Source of the DNA: a virus
Lineage: Duplodnaviria > Heunggongvirae > Uroviricota > Caudoviricetes
DNA length: 36,648 bases
Direction: 5' to 3' (one strand)
IMG/VR virus record: IMGVR_UViG_2675903330_000001
Shown here: positions 8,831 to 20,600 of the stretch, in pieces
Numbering within the stretch: the stretch's first letter is position 1
How the letters are laid out: each line of letters begins with the position of its first letter
Notes under the pieces: generated by a model
Database searches by the model: none
Told to the model about the DNA's origin: nothing
The model's input: only the letters and a program-made list of their open reading frames with translations
Program-made: the position numbers and the translations under genes

Positions 8831-9061
8831 TCAAATTCCTGTTGCTTCTACCATTTCACCGTCAACCTGAACAAAGAATTTCAAATCAACTTTATGTAGG
8901 GATTTGTATAGCTGGGCTATAGATAAGCCATGCTCATTTAATACCCGTTCTTTGTTCTCTTTACCTTTCGGTGCTTGATAGTACGCTTTTACAATCGCTG
9001 CCAGTTGTTCACGATTAAAACGGGCAGGGCGACCGCGAGTAGCTTTAGTAGTCATAGTCAT
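8831..9061 (-). CDS. small DNA-binding protein (about 75 aa)
   Basis: GGAG RBS; ATG at 9061 or 9055; TKATRGRPARFNREQ followed by an HTH-like GLSIAQLYKSLHK. Confidence 0.45.
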   Translation of the reverse strand: MTMTTKATRGRPARFNREQLAAIVKAYYQAPKGKENKERVLNEHGLSIAQLYKSLHKVDLKFFVQVDGEMVEATGI

Positions 9062-9090
9062 TTTCTCCAAATTAAAGTGAATGTTCACCT

Positions 9091-9693
9091 TTATTTAGAG
9101 GACTTACATTTTATAGGAAAAAGTTCTCCATCGTCAACCGACATAAAGAACTCTGCCTTAATCCCGTACTTCTTCAACCGTGAATAGTATGTACCCCGAC
9201 TTATATCAACCTTGCGCAGCACTTCGAAGAAGGACTTAGGATCGTTGTAATAGTGGCTATATCGCACGTTAGCGAGTTCTACAAACAATTCCCTTGTATC
9301 ACCATAGCCTTTCTTAAAAGCCTCGTTACGATAGCGTGTAATAGCGTGATTCAATCTCTTCTGTTTCAACACTTCTCGGATCGGCTTCCACTGCAACCGA
9401 TAGATAGGACCGTCATCAATGCGATAATAACGCTTGATATCAAAATCAAACCAATCTCGGACTCTCCGAAACTCTGTATGTGATGTTCTATGCTTCTTAA
9501 AGAAGTTGTGAACGTCTGTATAACCATTATCGCGGTAAAATTCTATTAAAATCTCTTTCGCTTCCTCACGGCTAAACCCAGATGTTGTGTAGTCGGTCTT
9601 CTTGTGATGGTGCTTAACTGGCAAACGATATTCATGATCGGTACAAGACAAGGCTAATTCTAATTCATCTCTTTCTTGCTGATTAATTAGCAT
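9091..9693 (-). CDS. hypothetical HTH-containing protein (200 aa)
   Basis: Transcribed divergently from terL; C-terminal [23 protein letters not shown] is HTH-like; an internally repeated basic/aromatic segment. Confidence 0.45.
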   Translation of the reverse strand: MLINQQERDELELALSCTDHEYRLPVKHHHKKTDYTTSGFSREEAKEILIEFYRDNGYTDVHNFFKKHRTSHTEFRRVRDWFDFDIKRYYRIDDGPIYRLQWKPIREVLKQKRLNHAITRYRNEAFKKGYGDTRELFVELANVRYSHYYNDPKSFFEVLRKVDISRGTYYSRLKKYGIKAEFFMSVDDGELFPIKCKSSK

Positions 9694-9780
9694 ACACCCT
9701 CCTTAAATCTTAATACCCGTATTTATCAAAAAATCAACAATTTAATAAATACCTTCATATTTCGTAATGAGGGTAATTAC

Positions 9781-11685
9781 ATGAAACTAATTTCTAATAA
9801 GGCCAAATTAAAAAAGATTCTTAAAAATGCAGCCAAATATATTACGCCACCGCCTAAACTCCTTCCATCGGAATGGTGCGAATCTAATATGGTGCTGGTA
9901 GATGGTCCTCAAGCTGGGGATAAAGTTAAATTGCTGTCATTCCAGAAAGGTATGATTGATGCTCCTTTCCTTGAGAACAAGAAAAAGTATGTTCTGATGA
10001 CCAGTGCGCAGATCGGAAAGACTACCATCCTGAACGGTATCCTGTTTAACCAGATGGCTAACGATCCATGCAATATGATTATCGGACAATCAACCGCTAA
10101 AGAAATGTCTCAATATCTCGCTGGTAAGATCCGACCGTCTATCGAAGCATGTGATGCATTAAAAGACGTGGTTACAGACAAGAATGATCGCAATTCTGTT
10201 AATAACAACAATCAGCTCCAGCTCAAATCAAACCACTTCCTTTATATGGTATCGCTTACTAGTCCATCAACCCTGCGCGGTAAGACTGCAAAGGTCGGAC
10301 TACTAGACGAAATCGATGCTGCTACAGCCTCAGAAGAAGGTGATCCGGTGGCACTGGCTGCTAACCGTTTAACTACCTTTGGCGATGAAGGCCGATTAGT
10401 CGTATCCAGTACCCCGACCAGTAAGCTGGGAAGCATTAACCAGCAATGGTTATCAAGTGATATGCGTATGTTTTTTGTTCCGTGTCCTCATTGCGGGGAA
10501 CACCAGGTGATCGAGTGGGAAAACGTTCAATTTGAATGGCGTAACATCGATGGTAAGAACTTACCCGATCCTGATACCGCTCGTTATATTTGCCCCCACT
10601 GTAAGAACGCATGGACAGAAGGGGAACGAATCAGGGCAGTAGCACAAGGCGAGTGGAGAGCAACCCGTGAAAGTGAAGTAGCCGGATTCTGGATTAGCCG
10701 TCTGTATTCACCTTTCAGCACGATCCGCGCTTGTGTGGTTGATTTTAGTCATGCGTGGCAATCCTTTGATTTACAATCATTTTATAACACCGTGTTAGGC
10801 AAAGTATACGACGATCAGGACACGGCAGTAGAAGCAAATGAACTGGAACAACTCAAAACAGATGTTTCTATCGAGAATATCCCTGATGACGTGATTTTCT
10901 TGTGTGCGGGTACTGACCAGCAATTAGATCGCGCAGAAACTACAATCATGGGCGTGGCAAAGGATAAGATTTATATTCTGGATCATCGCAGCTTTTACGA
11001 TCATAACTGTGAACGATATGAATCCCCTGTATGGGATAGATTAATCAACTTCCATAAAACCAAATTTACTACTGTATCTGGTGATCGTGTTCCTATGCTC
11101 GCCAGCTTCCTTGATACATCGAACGGTCGATTCACTCAAGCTGGATACCGTATTTGCGGCAAGTGGAAGAACTTACACGCTATCAAAGGTAGTTCTGCTG
11201 GTAACGCTCCGATCATTCCGGTTAAACCTACCCGCACAGGTGGTCATGAATTGCTTATGTTGGGTGTTAATGTGGGTAAAACTGCATTTCGTGAAATGTT
11301 GGCTAGGAACCTGAAAGATAATCCTCATATTGGCTTAGAAATATCAGACACCGTTCCTGATGATTATCTCGATCAGCTTTTAAGTGAATCTGTCAAGCGT
11401 ACTACTACTGGCGTGAGATGGGTAAAGAACCCAGGCGTTAGGAACGAGGCGCTCGACTGCGCCGTGTATGCTACAGCGGCTTCTCGCTACGTCCTTTCAA
11501 AAATGTCATGGGATAAACTCATTGCAATGAAAGACAGCTTAAACAGCGTTAAAGAAGAACCCGTAAAAGCTCCTGAATCGCAATCTGACGAGCAAATCGA
11601 AGAAACTAAGCCAATCACACGACCGCAACGTCAAAACATCGCCAGACGCCCAAATAGAGGCCGTAGCTGGGTAACATCGTTCTAA
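9781..11685 (+). CDS. terminase large subunit, lambda gpA-like
   Basis: GAGGG RBS; Walker A-like [10 protein letters not shown]; paired Cys motifs CPHCGEHQ ... CPHCKNAW; 634 aa; lies upstream of the portal gene. Confidence 0.8.
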   Translation: MKLISNKAKLKKILKNAAKYITPPPKLLPSEWCESNMVLVDGPQAGDKVKLLSFQKGMIDAPFLENKKKYVLMTSAQIGKTTILNGILFNQMANDPCNMIIGQSTAKEMSQYLAGKIRPSIEACDALKDVVTDKNDRNSVNNNNQLQLKSNHFLYMVSLTSPSTLRGKTAKVGLLDEIDAATASEEGDPVALAANRLTTFGDEGRLVVSSTPTSKLGSINQQWLSSDMRMFFVPCPHCGEHQVIEWENVQFEWRNIDGKNLPDPDTARYICPHCKNAWTEGERIRAVAQGEWRATRESEVAGFWISRLYSPFSTIRACVVDFSHAWQSFDLQSFYNTVLGKVYDDQDTAVEANELEQLKTDVSIENIPDDVIFLCAGTDQQLDRAETTIMGVAKDKIYILDHRSFYDHNCERYESPVWDRLINFHKTKFTTVSGDRVPMLASFLDTSNGRFTQAGYRICGKWKNLHAIKGSSAGNAPIIPVKPTRTGGHELLMLGVNVGKTAFREMLARNLKDNPHIGLEISDTVPDDYLDQLLSESVKRTTTGVRWVKNPGVRNEALDCAVYATAASRYVLSKMSWDKLIAMKDSLNSVKEEPVKAPESQSDEQIEETKPITRPQRQNIARRPNRGRSWVTSF

Positions 11686-11757
11686 TAACTCGCCGTCCTT
11701 CGGGACGGCTTACTCCTAAATATTGTTAATCCAATAACAATTAAATAAGGGGTAATT

Positions 11758-12255
11758 ATGAGTTTAGAACTAATTCCCTTAGTAATTCGTAAAGGCGAAA
11801 AAATCACGCTGGCGAATGAAGAGGGTGTAACAATTCAGGTAGGAAATAATAATAAAGGTATCATTTATCAGGTTGATGATACTCCGGCTAATCACGAGAT
11901 TAAAACCTTAGATTTTGCCGATGGTAAATATACCATCGTAATAACTTTGGATGAAGAACTAGTGTCAATGCAGCAATTGACTGTATTGCCCGTCTTTGCA
12001 AAACAATCCAAAAAACAGTATCTGCGGGAAACTATCGCCTTAATCGAGCAAGTTATTTTCGCCCGTTTATCTGGGGACGAAGCCGCATTATCTCAAATGA
12101 CCGTGAAAGGAAATACTTTCGCCTATGAGTCATTGGCTGTTCTCCAGACTCTAAAAGTCGATTATGAACGTCAACTGTCTAAATTAATTCAAGCCGAACG
12201 ACGTAAACAGGGAATTAGCCCGATTAAAAATATCAAATTACGTCTTACGCGATAA
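11758..12255 (+). CDS. hypothetical protein (165 aa) between terminase and portal
   Basis: Intact ORF with RBS; position is analogous to lambda gpW but no motif recognised. Confidence 0.45.
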   Translation: MSLELIPLVIRKGEKITLANEEGVTIQVGNNNKGIIYQVDDTPANHEIKTLDFADGKYTIVITLDEELVSMQQLTVLPVFAKQSKKQYLRETIALIEQVIFARLSGDEAALSQMTVKGNTFAYESLAVLQTLKVDYERQLSKLIQAERRKQGISPIKNIKLRLTR

Positions 12256-12265
12256 GGGGTAAATC

Positions 12266-13777
12266 ATGTTTAATCTTTTTCGACGCAAAAAGGCGGTAGA
12301 AACTCCAGTTAAAACTAATCACCGCCAGCAACAACAAAAAATCTTTATCGACAAACAAGTAGAAAAATTCCAGAAAGATTTGTCTAAGCGTTCTTTGGGC
12401 TTAGTCGGTGATCGAATTGATGGACAGCTTCAACAAGATACTATCACCGGAACGTTCAATAAGGCTCTCAAATCGAACGGTAAGCGCCTTTATGATCAGG
12501 GTCGTACTCTGGCCTTAAACACTTCCGTAGGCAGTCGATACACGCAATACATCACCGATATGGTGGTAGGTACTGGCCTAGATCCGAAGCCGTCAATCGT
12601 TAAATCAAATGGCAAACTTGATAGCGCACTGAATAAGCAGATCGAGAATGCTTTCTGGAAGTGGGCGCAGAATGCTAAACGCTTCTCTCGTAACGGTCGC
12701 TTTAACTTCCGTGAATTGCTGGTAATGGCTGAACGTGAGCGCGTTATGGGTGGTGAGTGCTTCATAGTTTTAACCAAAGAAAACAATGAGTTAAATGTTT
12801 CTATCCTGTCTGCTGATAAGTGCGACTGGACGCTCAACCGTGAAGTAAGCAAAGAACGTGCGATCTATCAGGGGATCGAGTATGACGTAGAAACAATGAA
12901 GCCCGTAGCATACTGGTTTCGTAAAGTCAACCTACTGACTCAGACTTACACAGGTGATAACTATCGTGTAGAAGCATCGCAAGTATGCCATTACTATCAA
13001 CCACTTACCGCCGAATCCCTGCGTGGTGTGACTGACTTCCTGCCAGTGATTAAGGATATCGCACATCAAGACGCATTCCGCGAAACTGCAATTATCCAGA
13101 AACGCATTGCAGCTAGCTCTATGGGCTTTATCGAGCGTCCGAAAGATTCTGGTGACGATTTTGATACTGGTGAAGATGATGAACAATATCAAGCGCCGGA
13201 AGTAGTACAGGATTTTGCACCTGGTACTATTCAGGAATTACCGGAAGGGGCAACGATCAAGAGCATCCAGGCGACGCAAAGCGGTGATGACTTTAACAGC
13301 TTCAATGATGCGATGTTTACTAGCGTATCAATGGGCTTAGGCGTGTTTAAACAGGGCTTGACTGGTGACACTAGCCAGATCAACTACTCAGCCGCACGTT
13401 TCGGTGAATTAACCCAGCGCACACGAGTTAAAGCACTGCAAAACAAATTAATTGAAACAGTGGTATCGCCAATTTTCGAAGCATATCTACGCCATTATTC
13501 CGCTCGTGGTATTGTTCCGATTCGTATTACTGCAATTCCGCATATTATCGATAACACTACTATTATTCGTCCGCGTTTTGAATCCGTCGATCCAATTAAA
13601 GACGTAAACGCCGAGATTGCTTTAATTGATAAAGGACTTAAATCACGTACTGCCGTTATATTAGAACGTGGTGATGACCCTGAAAAAGTATTCTCAGAGA
13701 TTCAAGCCGAAAAGAGCGCACTAAATATTATCGTTAATGGCGAGGGTGAAGAAAAAAATTCCCCAGCCGATCCCTAA
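12266..13777 (+). CDS. portal protein, lambda gpB family
   Basis: 503 aa; position after terL; overall resemblance to the lambda-family portal; acidic mid-region. Confidence 0.7.
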   Translation: MFNLFRRKKAVETPVKTNHRQQQQKIFIDKQVEKFQKDLSKRSLGLVGDRIDGQLQQDTITGTFNKALKSNGKRLYDQGRTLALNTSVGSRYTQYITDMVVGTGLDPKPSIVKSNGKLDSALNKQIENAFWKWAQNAKRFSRNGRFNFRELLVMAERERVMGGECFIVLTKENNELNVSILSADKCDWTLNREVSKERAIYQGIEYDVETMKPVAYWFRKVNLLTQTYTGDNYRVEASQVCHYYQPLTAESLRGVTDFLPVIKDIAHQDAFRETAIIQKRIAASSMGFIERPKDSGDDFDTGEDDEQYQAPEVVQDFAPGTIQELPEGATIKSIQATQSGDDFNSFNDAMFTSVSMGLGVFKQGLTGDTSQINYSAARFGELTQRTRVKALQNKLIETVVSPIFEAYLRHYSARGIVPIRITAIPHIIDNTTIIRPRFESVDPIKDVNAEIALIDKGLKSRTAVILERGDDPEKVFSEIQAEKSALNIIVNGEGEEKNSPADP

Positions 13778-13822
13778 TAACCAACGGGGGCGCAATGCCC
13801 CCAATTAATTAAAGGTGATTAA

Positions 13823-15826
13823 ATGCTTAAATTTCGCCGCGATCTTAACGGTTACGGTGGAGTTATTAATGAAGGGCATAACGATCAATACGAATTTGAA
13901 ATTGCTTTCTCAAGTACACAGCCTTATCAGCGCCAATTTTGGGATGAGCAAAATCAAGAAATGGTGGTATTAGATGAAATTCTGGTACATACACCGGAAG
14001 CGGTTGATCTGTCTCGTCTGAATAATAACGCTCCGTTGCTGTTTAATCATAATTTCGATAATCACATTGGTGTCGTTTGTAACGCTCGAATCGATGCGGA
14101 TAACGTAGGTCGTGCTCTGGTTAAATTCTCTAAGCATGGCACTTTGGCTAATGATATTCGCAATAAAGTCATTGAAGGTACGATGGAAAAAATTTCTGTC
14201 GGTTATGACATTAAAGAATATCACATCGATTATGCCAAAGGACAATTGATTGTTACTAAGTGGGCACCCTATGAACTCTCATTTGTCACCGTTCCCGCAG
14301 ACGATACGGTCGGTTTAAATCGCTCTCTAAATACTATCACAGTTAATTTGGAGGCTAAACGCGATATGACTAAAGAACAAATCGAAGAAATCAAAGAAGA
14401 ACAAGAATCCGCTCAGGTTGAAGAAACTCCGGTAGAAGAAATTAAAGAACCGGAAGTTGAAGAAACTCAAGAGCGCCAAGTTGAAGAGAATAAAGAAGAT
14501 GAAAATCTCGAAGACGGAAAAGACGCTGAACATCCTGAAAGTGTTGATGATGATAGTTCAACTGTTCGGGAAACAGAAGAAGTAAAAGAAGAACGTGAAG
14601 CCGCTCCGGTTGAAGAAGAAAAAATCGAGGAAGTGGCTGAACGTTCCGAAGAAGACGAATTAGAAATTCGCGAAATTGCACGCGAACTAAATATTGACGA
14701 CGAAGAATTGAAACGCGCATTGGCAATTAAAGACATGACGCCGGAAGCATTCCGCACTAAGGCACTAAATAATCTCGTCAATGCTCAACGTAATAACGAA
14801 CAACAAATTAAGGACTCTAAAATGGAAAAAACTTTTGACCTGAACAACGTAATTCGCTCTCTGGTAGATGGTGAAGCTCTGGGTGCTCACGAAGCCGAGT
14901 TTTCTGCGATGGCTGCTACTGCAACTATGCAGCGTGGTCGTGCTGCTCGTGGTGGCTCTGTATTCGTTCCGGCTGCTGCTATGCGTGCTGCTGCTGCTGG
15001 TAACACCAAAGCTGACCTGACTGCTATCACCGACGAAAAACTGCTGACTGAATCCTATGTTGAAATGCTGCTGCCGGAATCCGTTCTGGGTCGTCTGGGT
15101 GTGACCGTTCTGTCTGGCCTGAATGCTCCGGTTGCTGTTCCGAAAATGACTGCTTCCAGCGTTGAATCTTTCGGCTTCGTTGATGAAAACGGTGCTGCAC
15201 CGGAAGGTAAAGCCGAATTTGCTAACGTGAAAATGGCTCCTAAAACTTTCGCAGGTGGCAACCCGATCAGCCGTCAGTCTCTGAAAACCGTTCCGGGCAT
15301 CGCTACCCTGATCACTGATCACATTAACAAAGCTGTTCGTATCAAACTGGAACAACTGATTCTGTCTGATAAAGAAAATGCTCGCGGTCCGGCTGGTCTG
15401 GTTAAACAACTGGTAGACGGTGGTCGCGTTACTAAGAAAGCCGCTTTCAGCTACAAAGACTTCCTGAAAGAAATTGCAGCACTGACCGACGCTGGCGTTC
15501 CTGCTCAGGCGATCAAGTTTGCAATGAGCGGTGCAACTGCTGCTGAACTGGAATCTACCCTGAAAGATAACGGCGTTTCCGGTTATATCATCGAAAACGG
15601 CAAACTGGCTGGTTACGATGTAGTTACTTCTGGCGTTATTCCGGCAGACCACATCGTTCTGGGTGACTTCTCCGGTATTACTATCGGTGAGTGGGGCGGT
15701 CTGGAACTGGATATGGACGACACTACCTACCGTGCACAGTCTGCAATCGTTCCGCGTATCTGGGTAGACCTGGATTATGTTGTTACTCAGCCGGAAGCTC
15801 TGAAAGTTCTTCACATCTCCGAATGA
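13823..15826 (+). CDS. prohead protease - scaffold-like linker - major capsid protein (HK97 fold) fusion
   Basis: N-terminus matches the HK97-type prohead protease pattern (PLLFNHNFDNHIGVV ... ISVGYD ... ELSFVTVPADD); residues about 190-300 are a Glu-rich coiled-coil; the C-terminal about 330 aa is capsid-like with highly optimised codons. Confidence 0.75.
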   Translation: MLKFRRDLNGYGGVINEGHNDQYEFEIAFSSTQPYQRQFWDEQNQEMVVLDEILVHTPEAVDLSRLNNNAPLLFNHNFDNHIGVVCNARIDADNVGRALVKFSKHGTLANDIRNKVIEGTMEKISVGYDIKEYHIDYAKGQLIVTKWAPYELSFVTVPADDTVGLNRSLNTITVNLEAKRDMTKEQIEEIKEEQESAQVEETPVEEIKEPEVEETQERQVEENKEDENLEDGKDAEHPESVDDDSSTVRETEEVKEEREAAPVEEEKIEEVAERSEEDELEIREIARELNIDDEELKRALAIKDMTPEAFRTKALNNLVNAQRNNEQQIKDSKMEKTFDLNNVIRSLVDGEALGAHEAEFSAMAATATMQRGRAARGGSVFVPAAAMRAAAAGNTKADLTAITDEKLLTESYVEMLLPESVLGRLGVTVLSGLNAPVAVPKMTASSVESFGFVDENGAAPEGKAEFANVKMAPKTFAGGNPISRQSLKTVPGIATLITDHINKAVRIKLEQLILSDKENARGPAGLVKQLVDGGRVTKKAAFSYKDFLKEIAALTDAGVPAQAIKFAMSGATAAELESTLKDNGVSGYIIENGKLAGYDVVTSGVIPADHIVLGDFSGITIGEWGGLELDMDDTTYRAQSAIVPRIWVDLDYVVTQPEALKVLHISE

Positions 15827-15960
15827 ACTAACGTAGAACCATCTGAACCTTCCCCCGAATCGGGGGAAGAAAATCTGATTCCTAAACAGGAAGAAGATTC
15901 CCAGACGGTTACGGCGAAAGCCACAGTTAAAAAACAACGTAAAACTAAAGAATAATAATT

Positions 15961-15989
15961 AGCCCTGCCTTAATGGTGGGGCTTTTTTG
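15961..15989 (+). terminator. putative terminator after the capsid gene
   Basis: Imperfect AGCCC ... GGGCT hairpin followed by T6. Confidence 0.4.
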
Positions 15990-16018
15990 TATGTAAATAC
16001 TCCATAAAGGGGGTAACT

Positions 16019-16309
16019 ATGTTCAAATTATCAGAATCACAATTAAATCGAATGTTTAAGAGTGCTCCTGTATTTTCGGTGGAAGGTGGTAAATCAATTC
16101 GTGCTTATCATGAAATTACTACTACCGACGAACAAGGGGTAATGACAGAAACCGAATTTCTATTTTGTCGTGAGGGAGACTTAAAGCAAGGTGATATTGT
16201 CACAGTAGAAAACCAGCGTTTTAAAGTTCAATACATTAAGCGCAATGGTGATAATACCACTGATTGCTTTATTGCTCGTGCAGGGGGTACACATGCTCGC
16301 TACCGTTAA
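16019..16309 (+). CDS. putative head completion / head-tail adaptor protein (96 aa)
   Basis: Small gene directly after the capsid gene; assignment from position and size only. Confidence 0.4.
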   Translation: MFKLSESQLNRMFKSAPVFSVEGGKSIRAYHEITTTDEQGVMTETEFLFCREGDLKQGDIVTVENQRFKVQYIKRNGDNTTDCFIARAGGTHARYR

Positions 16310-16715
16310 TAATATGCCGAGACTGAAAATCAAACGCGCCTTGCAAGATATTATCGAACAAGATTTAGGTCTGGCTTTAAACGTAGAACAAACTCAGCAA
16401 GGCTTTAGTGATGATGTGGTTTGTTGGATTACTGGCATGAATGAAACTTATACGCGTGTTCGTGGTGGTAATGCAATGCAAGCTGAATGCGTTATCGAAA
16501 TGCAGTTGTATTCTCAGAATCATGAAACCAAAATTCATGAGGGTATTTGCCAGATAATCCAGATTCAGCCGGATAATCCACGTTTTAAAGATTTGGGCTT
16601 CTCTATTTCAGATATCACTCCAGTAGCTTCTAATACCGATTATGACGATGATTCTAGTGATGGGGGTATCGTTGGGACACTTAGCCTTAAATTTTCTTAT
16701 CTAGCGCGTTTTTAA
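16293..16715 (+). CDS. putative head-tail joining / tail completion protein (140 aa)
   Basis: ATG at 16293 with AGGGGG RBS, overlapping the upstream gene by 17 nt; assignment from position only. Confidence 0.4.
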   Translation: MLATVNNMPRLKIKRALQDIIEQDLGLALNVEQTQQGFSDDVVCWITGMNETYTRVRGGNAMQAECVIEMQLYSQNHETKIHEGICQIIQIQPDNPRFKDLGFSISDITPVASNTDYDDDSSDGGIVGTLSLKFSYLARF

Positions 16716-16724
16716 GGGGTAATA

Positions 16725-17558
16725 ATGAATATTACACAAGATAACTTAGACATTTTCACGGGGTCGCATGTTGAAGTCTCCGTGTCTACTATGGTGGATA
16801 ACCAGCCGGACTTTTTCGATCCTGCATTTAGTCCTATCGAGAACATCGCAGCATTTCCGACGATAACCGAATCCACAGAGATCCAGACGTTAGAAGAATA
16901 TGACCATGATGTTACTGGTAAGTTGGCTGGCTATCGTAAACTTGAATCAACAACACTCACAGTAAACCGTGTTCTGGATGATGAACATCAAGCAATGTTG
17001 ATGAAAGCGGTAGAGGATAAAACCCCTTTACGCTTCCGTATGTTCTATGTTGTGAACTCTGGCTATAGTGCTGCTAACACAGGATACTACGTCATTTTTG
17101 ATGCATACGTCACATCACACAAAACCCGTGGTAGCGATAACAAAGTTACTACCATCGAATTTAAATTAGATCCTGATGGTGGGATTCTCGACCGTGGTAT
17201 TGCCACCGAAGGCCGGATCTTACGTCAAGGTGATTTTGGTTTGGGCGCTGGTGTACATCCATTCACAGGTCCGATTGATAGCGAAGCATTAGCCGGAAAC
17301 CGTTTCGTAACTTATCAGGGATCGAGCGTATCTAATCCATTTAGTGCTGATACTTCACTAATTCACGTTCAACCTAATGAAGATGGTGGATGGCAATTAA
17401 CTTGCACCGCTTCCGGCGCACCACGTTTACGAGTTCGCACAGTCCAGAAAGACGGTAATTCTGGATGGGTGAAAGTGTATTCCACAGAAGAAAAACCGAC
17501 ACCAGCCGAGATTGAAGCCGTTTCTATCCATGACCGGATCGACTTCGGGGAATACTGA
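16725..17558 (+). CDS. putative tail-associated protein (277 aa), C-terminal motif shared with the tail fiber
   Basis: Weak by-eye resemblance to lambda gpV-type tube proteins; the C-terminal EEKPTPAEIEAVS mirrors DKPTPAEIGAYS in the fiber gene 17632-21156. Confidence 0.35.
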   Translation: MNITQDNLDIFTGSHVEVSVSTMVDNQPDFFDPAFSPIENIAAFPTITESTEIQTLEEYDHDVTGKLAGYRKLESTTLTVNRVLDDEHQAMLMKAVEDKTPLRFRMFYVVNSGYSAANTGYYVIFDAYVTSHKTRGSDNKVTTIEFKLDPDGGILDRGIATEGRILRQGDFGLGAGVHPFTGPIDSEALAGNRFVTYQGSSVSNPFSADTSLIHVQPNEDGGWQLTCTASGAPRLRVRTVQKDGNSGWVKVYSTEEKPTPAEIEAVSIHDRIDFGEY

Positions 17559-17631
17559 TTGCTTCTCTAAATAAAACATGACGCGGGAGGTTAACGCCTC
17601 CCTTATTCCTGTTTTATAGTGAGGTGATTCG

Positions 17632-20600
17632 ATGCAGTCGATCCAATTTAAACGAACAAATGTTTCTGGCAAAAAACCAACGCCGGAACAATTACAGGTC
17701 GGTGAGGTAGCAATCAACCTTAAAGACCATGTTATTTTCACCAAAGACCGAGATCATGAAGTAGTTCAAATCTCTGTTTCTCCTGAAACTCACGCGGCAC
17801 TAGAATCTAAAGTTGATGCTAACAAACAAGAATTGGATAGCACAATTGCAGTAAATGACCGCAATATTCACGCTAAAGTAGATGAAATTAAACAAACTAC
17901 TGATGCAACCATCGCAGCAAATCACGCAGAAATTAACAATAAAGTTGATGTAATTAAACGCGAAACCGACGCGACAATCGAGGCCAATAAAAATAAAGCT
18001 GCTTCCGATCTTGCTGGTGTTAAAGCTGAATTGTCGGATACCATCAACGCTAATAAAAATGCGGCTGCTGTAGCAACTCAGGAACTGGACACCCGCATCA
18101 ATAAAAAAGTTGATGATATTAAATCCCGTACCGATGCAACCATCGTAAGCAATCACAAAGCAATCAATGACAAAGTTGATTTGATTAAGGCAGAAACTGA
18201 CCGCACTATCGCAGCAAATCACGCCTATGCGGAAAATCAGTTAACTGACACCTACAATAACCTTACTGGTGTGATTGCAGCCAATAAGCAAGAGGCAGCG
18301 GATAACGTCGCAGCATTAACCCGTGATGTTGAAGCCAAAAATACAGCAATTCATAGCAAAGTTGACAATAACAAGTCTTACACTGATTCTGAATTGGCAC
18401 GCTTAGAAAGCCGTATTGATGCAGCCGATGGATCAAGTGATGGTAAGTACATCAAAAAGCACGTAAACACTTGCACTGATGGCTATTTGCTGTCTAAGAC
18501 CGCAAACCCTTTTGATGATCCGAGTGCTCTTAATCTTGATTACTTTGGTGCATTTCGCATGAATGACCTGGCGGGTCATATTGCAATGATCTTGCATGTT
18601 CCGCACCCATCCGGCGTTAATCATGCTCGTGGTTTTGAGTTCACTTATGGGTCTAATCCGGTTCATACGGTAAGAACATACGGCTATGATGAATTGGGAC
18701 ATTTGGCATATTCTCACCGCATGTATCATGAAGGTGATAAACCTACTCCGGCTGAAATTGGCGCATATTCGAAAGCAGAAATTGACCGACTGTTCCAGAA
18801 GACGCTTAATTTTGGTATCGAGGGTGGTTGGTTTAAACTAGGCACTTTGACAATGCCACAACAACACGGTCGCACGGCTAAGATCCGTTTGGTTGGTGGT
18901 AACGGTTATAACGTAGGACATAATGGACAAGCCAATATTATCGAATTGGTGATTCGATGCGGCAACAATAGCCCGAAAGGTGTTGTATTCAATGCGTATT
19001 ATACTATTTGGCATTATGAACAACATTTTTGCGCTATTCCAACCGATGGCGACAATTACGATCTTTACGCTTACTACGGTGCACATACAGGATTTGTTTT
19101 AGCAGAATATCAAGTTTCTTCCGGTGGTGTTTCTTTAAACCTGTTGGATACTCCTGAATACCTGGGCGGTGAAAAACCTGTTGCAGATGAAATTTTTGAT
19201 GCTCTTAACATTTCATCGTTCAATAACTTTAGCAACCGTGGAACGTTAAATTTTGGTGGAAACCATCAAGGTCAATATGATATTGAGCATTTAAACGAAC
19301 AACCGACAAATGCTAAAAAGATGTTGCGTCGCTTCCGTAGTTGTGCTCCTGCCACTATCTGGCATGAGACAGTTGATGATAACAAGTATCGTCTTGCTAC
19401 TGGATACGAAGATACAAATCAGGAATTATTGCTGTCAGCAACATCCGGGTTACATATCAAGAAATTAACATTGGATGGCGGTGTTACTGGAAATTCTGGT
19501 ATTGATATTCGTCGAGGACCAAATGAAGCAAGCCATTTTAATTTCATGGATTATCGCACTGGACAAGATGTTCGTAATGGCTGGTTTGGCTTCGGTGATG
19601 GAACAACCAAAGATTTTATTTGGTGGAACGATAACGGTCAAAACTCGATAAACCTGATTGAAGACGGTGAATTACATATTACTGGCGGTAGAGGCCAGAA
19701 AATTGTAATGAATAGCGAAGTGGCATTATCTGAAAATGCTCGTTTGGCTGTCAAAGGTGGTAACTATGGTTTAATCCTTCGTAATGATGGTTCTAGCTTC
19801 CATATTCTTACTACCGATTTAAAAGATTCCTTTGGGACGTGGAATACTCGTAGACCATTTAGTTATGATTTCGCCGAAGGTGGATTAGATCTAGGTGGCA
19901 CAGCTACCGCACGCTGTTTACATCTGGGAATTGATGGTAGCACCCGCATCGAAGATAATATGGTGTTTAGATCAGGGTCTCGTCAGTCAATGGACTATAT
20001 TGAATTAATCCATTGGGGTAACAGTAATACAGGACGCAATAACGTTTTGAGTATGCGAGATTCCAAAGGTTTCTTGGCTGAATTTGAACGCGTGGGGGGT
20101 ACTAACGGCGTTAAAACCAGATTCTTTGGCGAAACATTCACTGATGGTACATTATACCTAAATCAGATGAATAATAGCTCTGAACGATTCTCTATTAATA
20201 ATTGGGGAAATTCAGAAGTTGGTCGCGCGGCAGTGATGGAAGTCGGTGATTCCAAAGGTTATCACTTCTATACTGAACGTAGGACAGATAACAGTTTGAT
20301 GTTTGATGTTGCTGGCGCTTTTACTGTGCATGGACCTTCCGGGATTACTATCAAAAACTCTGCTGGTGCTCGCCACGTCTGGTTTAGAGATGATAGCGAT
20401 ACGGAAAAGGCTGTTATCTGGGCTACAGATGAGGGTATTTTACATATTCGCAATAACCACGGTGGACAATTTACACATCACTTCCAGGGCGCGATGATTA
20501 AACTGGAAGGGCGTGTTCCTTATGCCGCAGATCAAGGACTTATCCGTGGTGAGGTTTCTGGTGGTGCATATGTTGCATGGAGAGACCGACCTGCTGGTTT

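Noticed and set aside
13970-15937. Minus-strand ORFs inside the capsid gene (13970-14245, 14327-14533, 14442-14726, 14467-14781, 14765-15937, 15055-15261)
   Set aside because: Antisense frames of a strongly codon-biased, Glu/Ala-rich gene; low-complexity translations, no RBS, and they would overlap a clearly real capsid gene.
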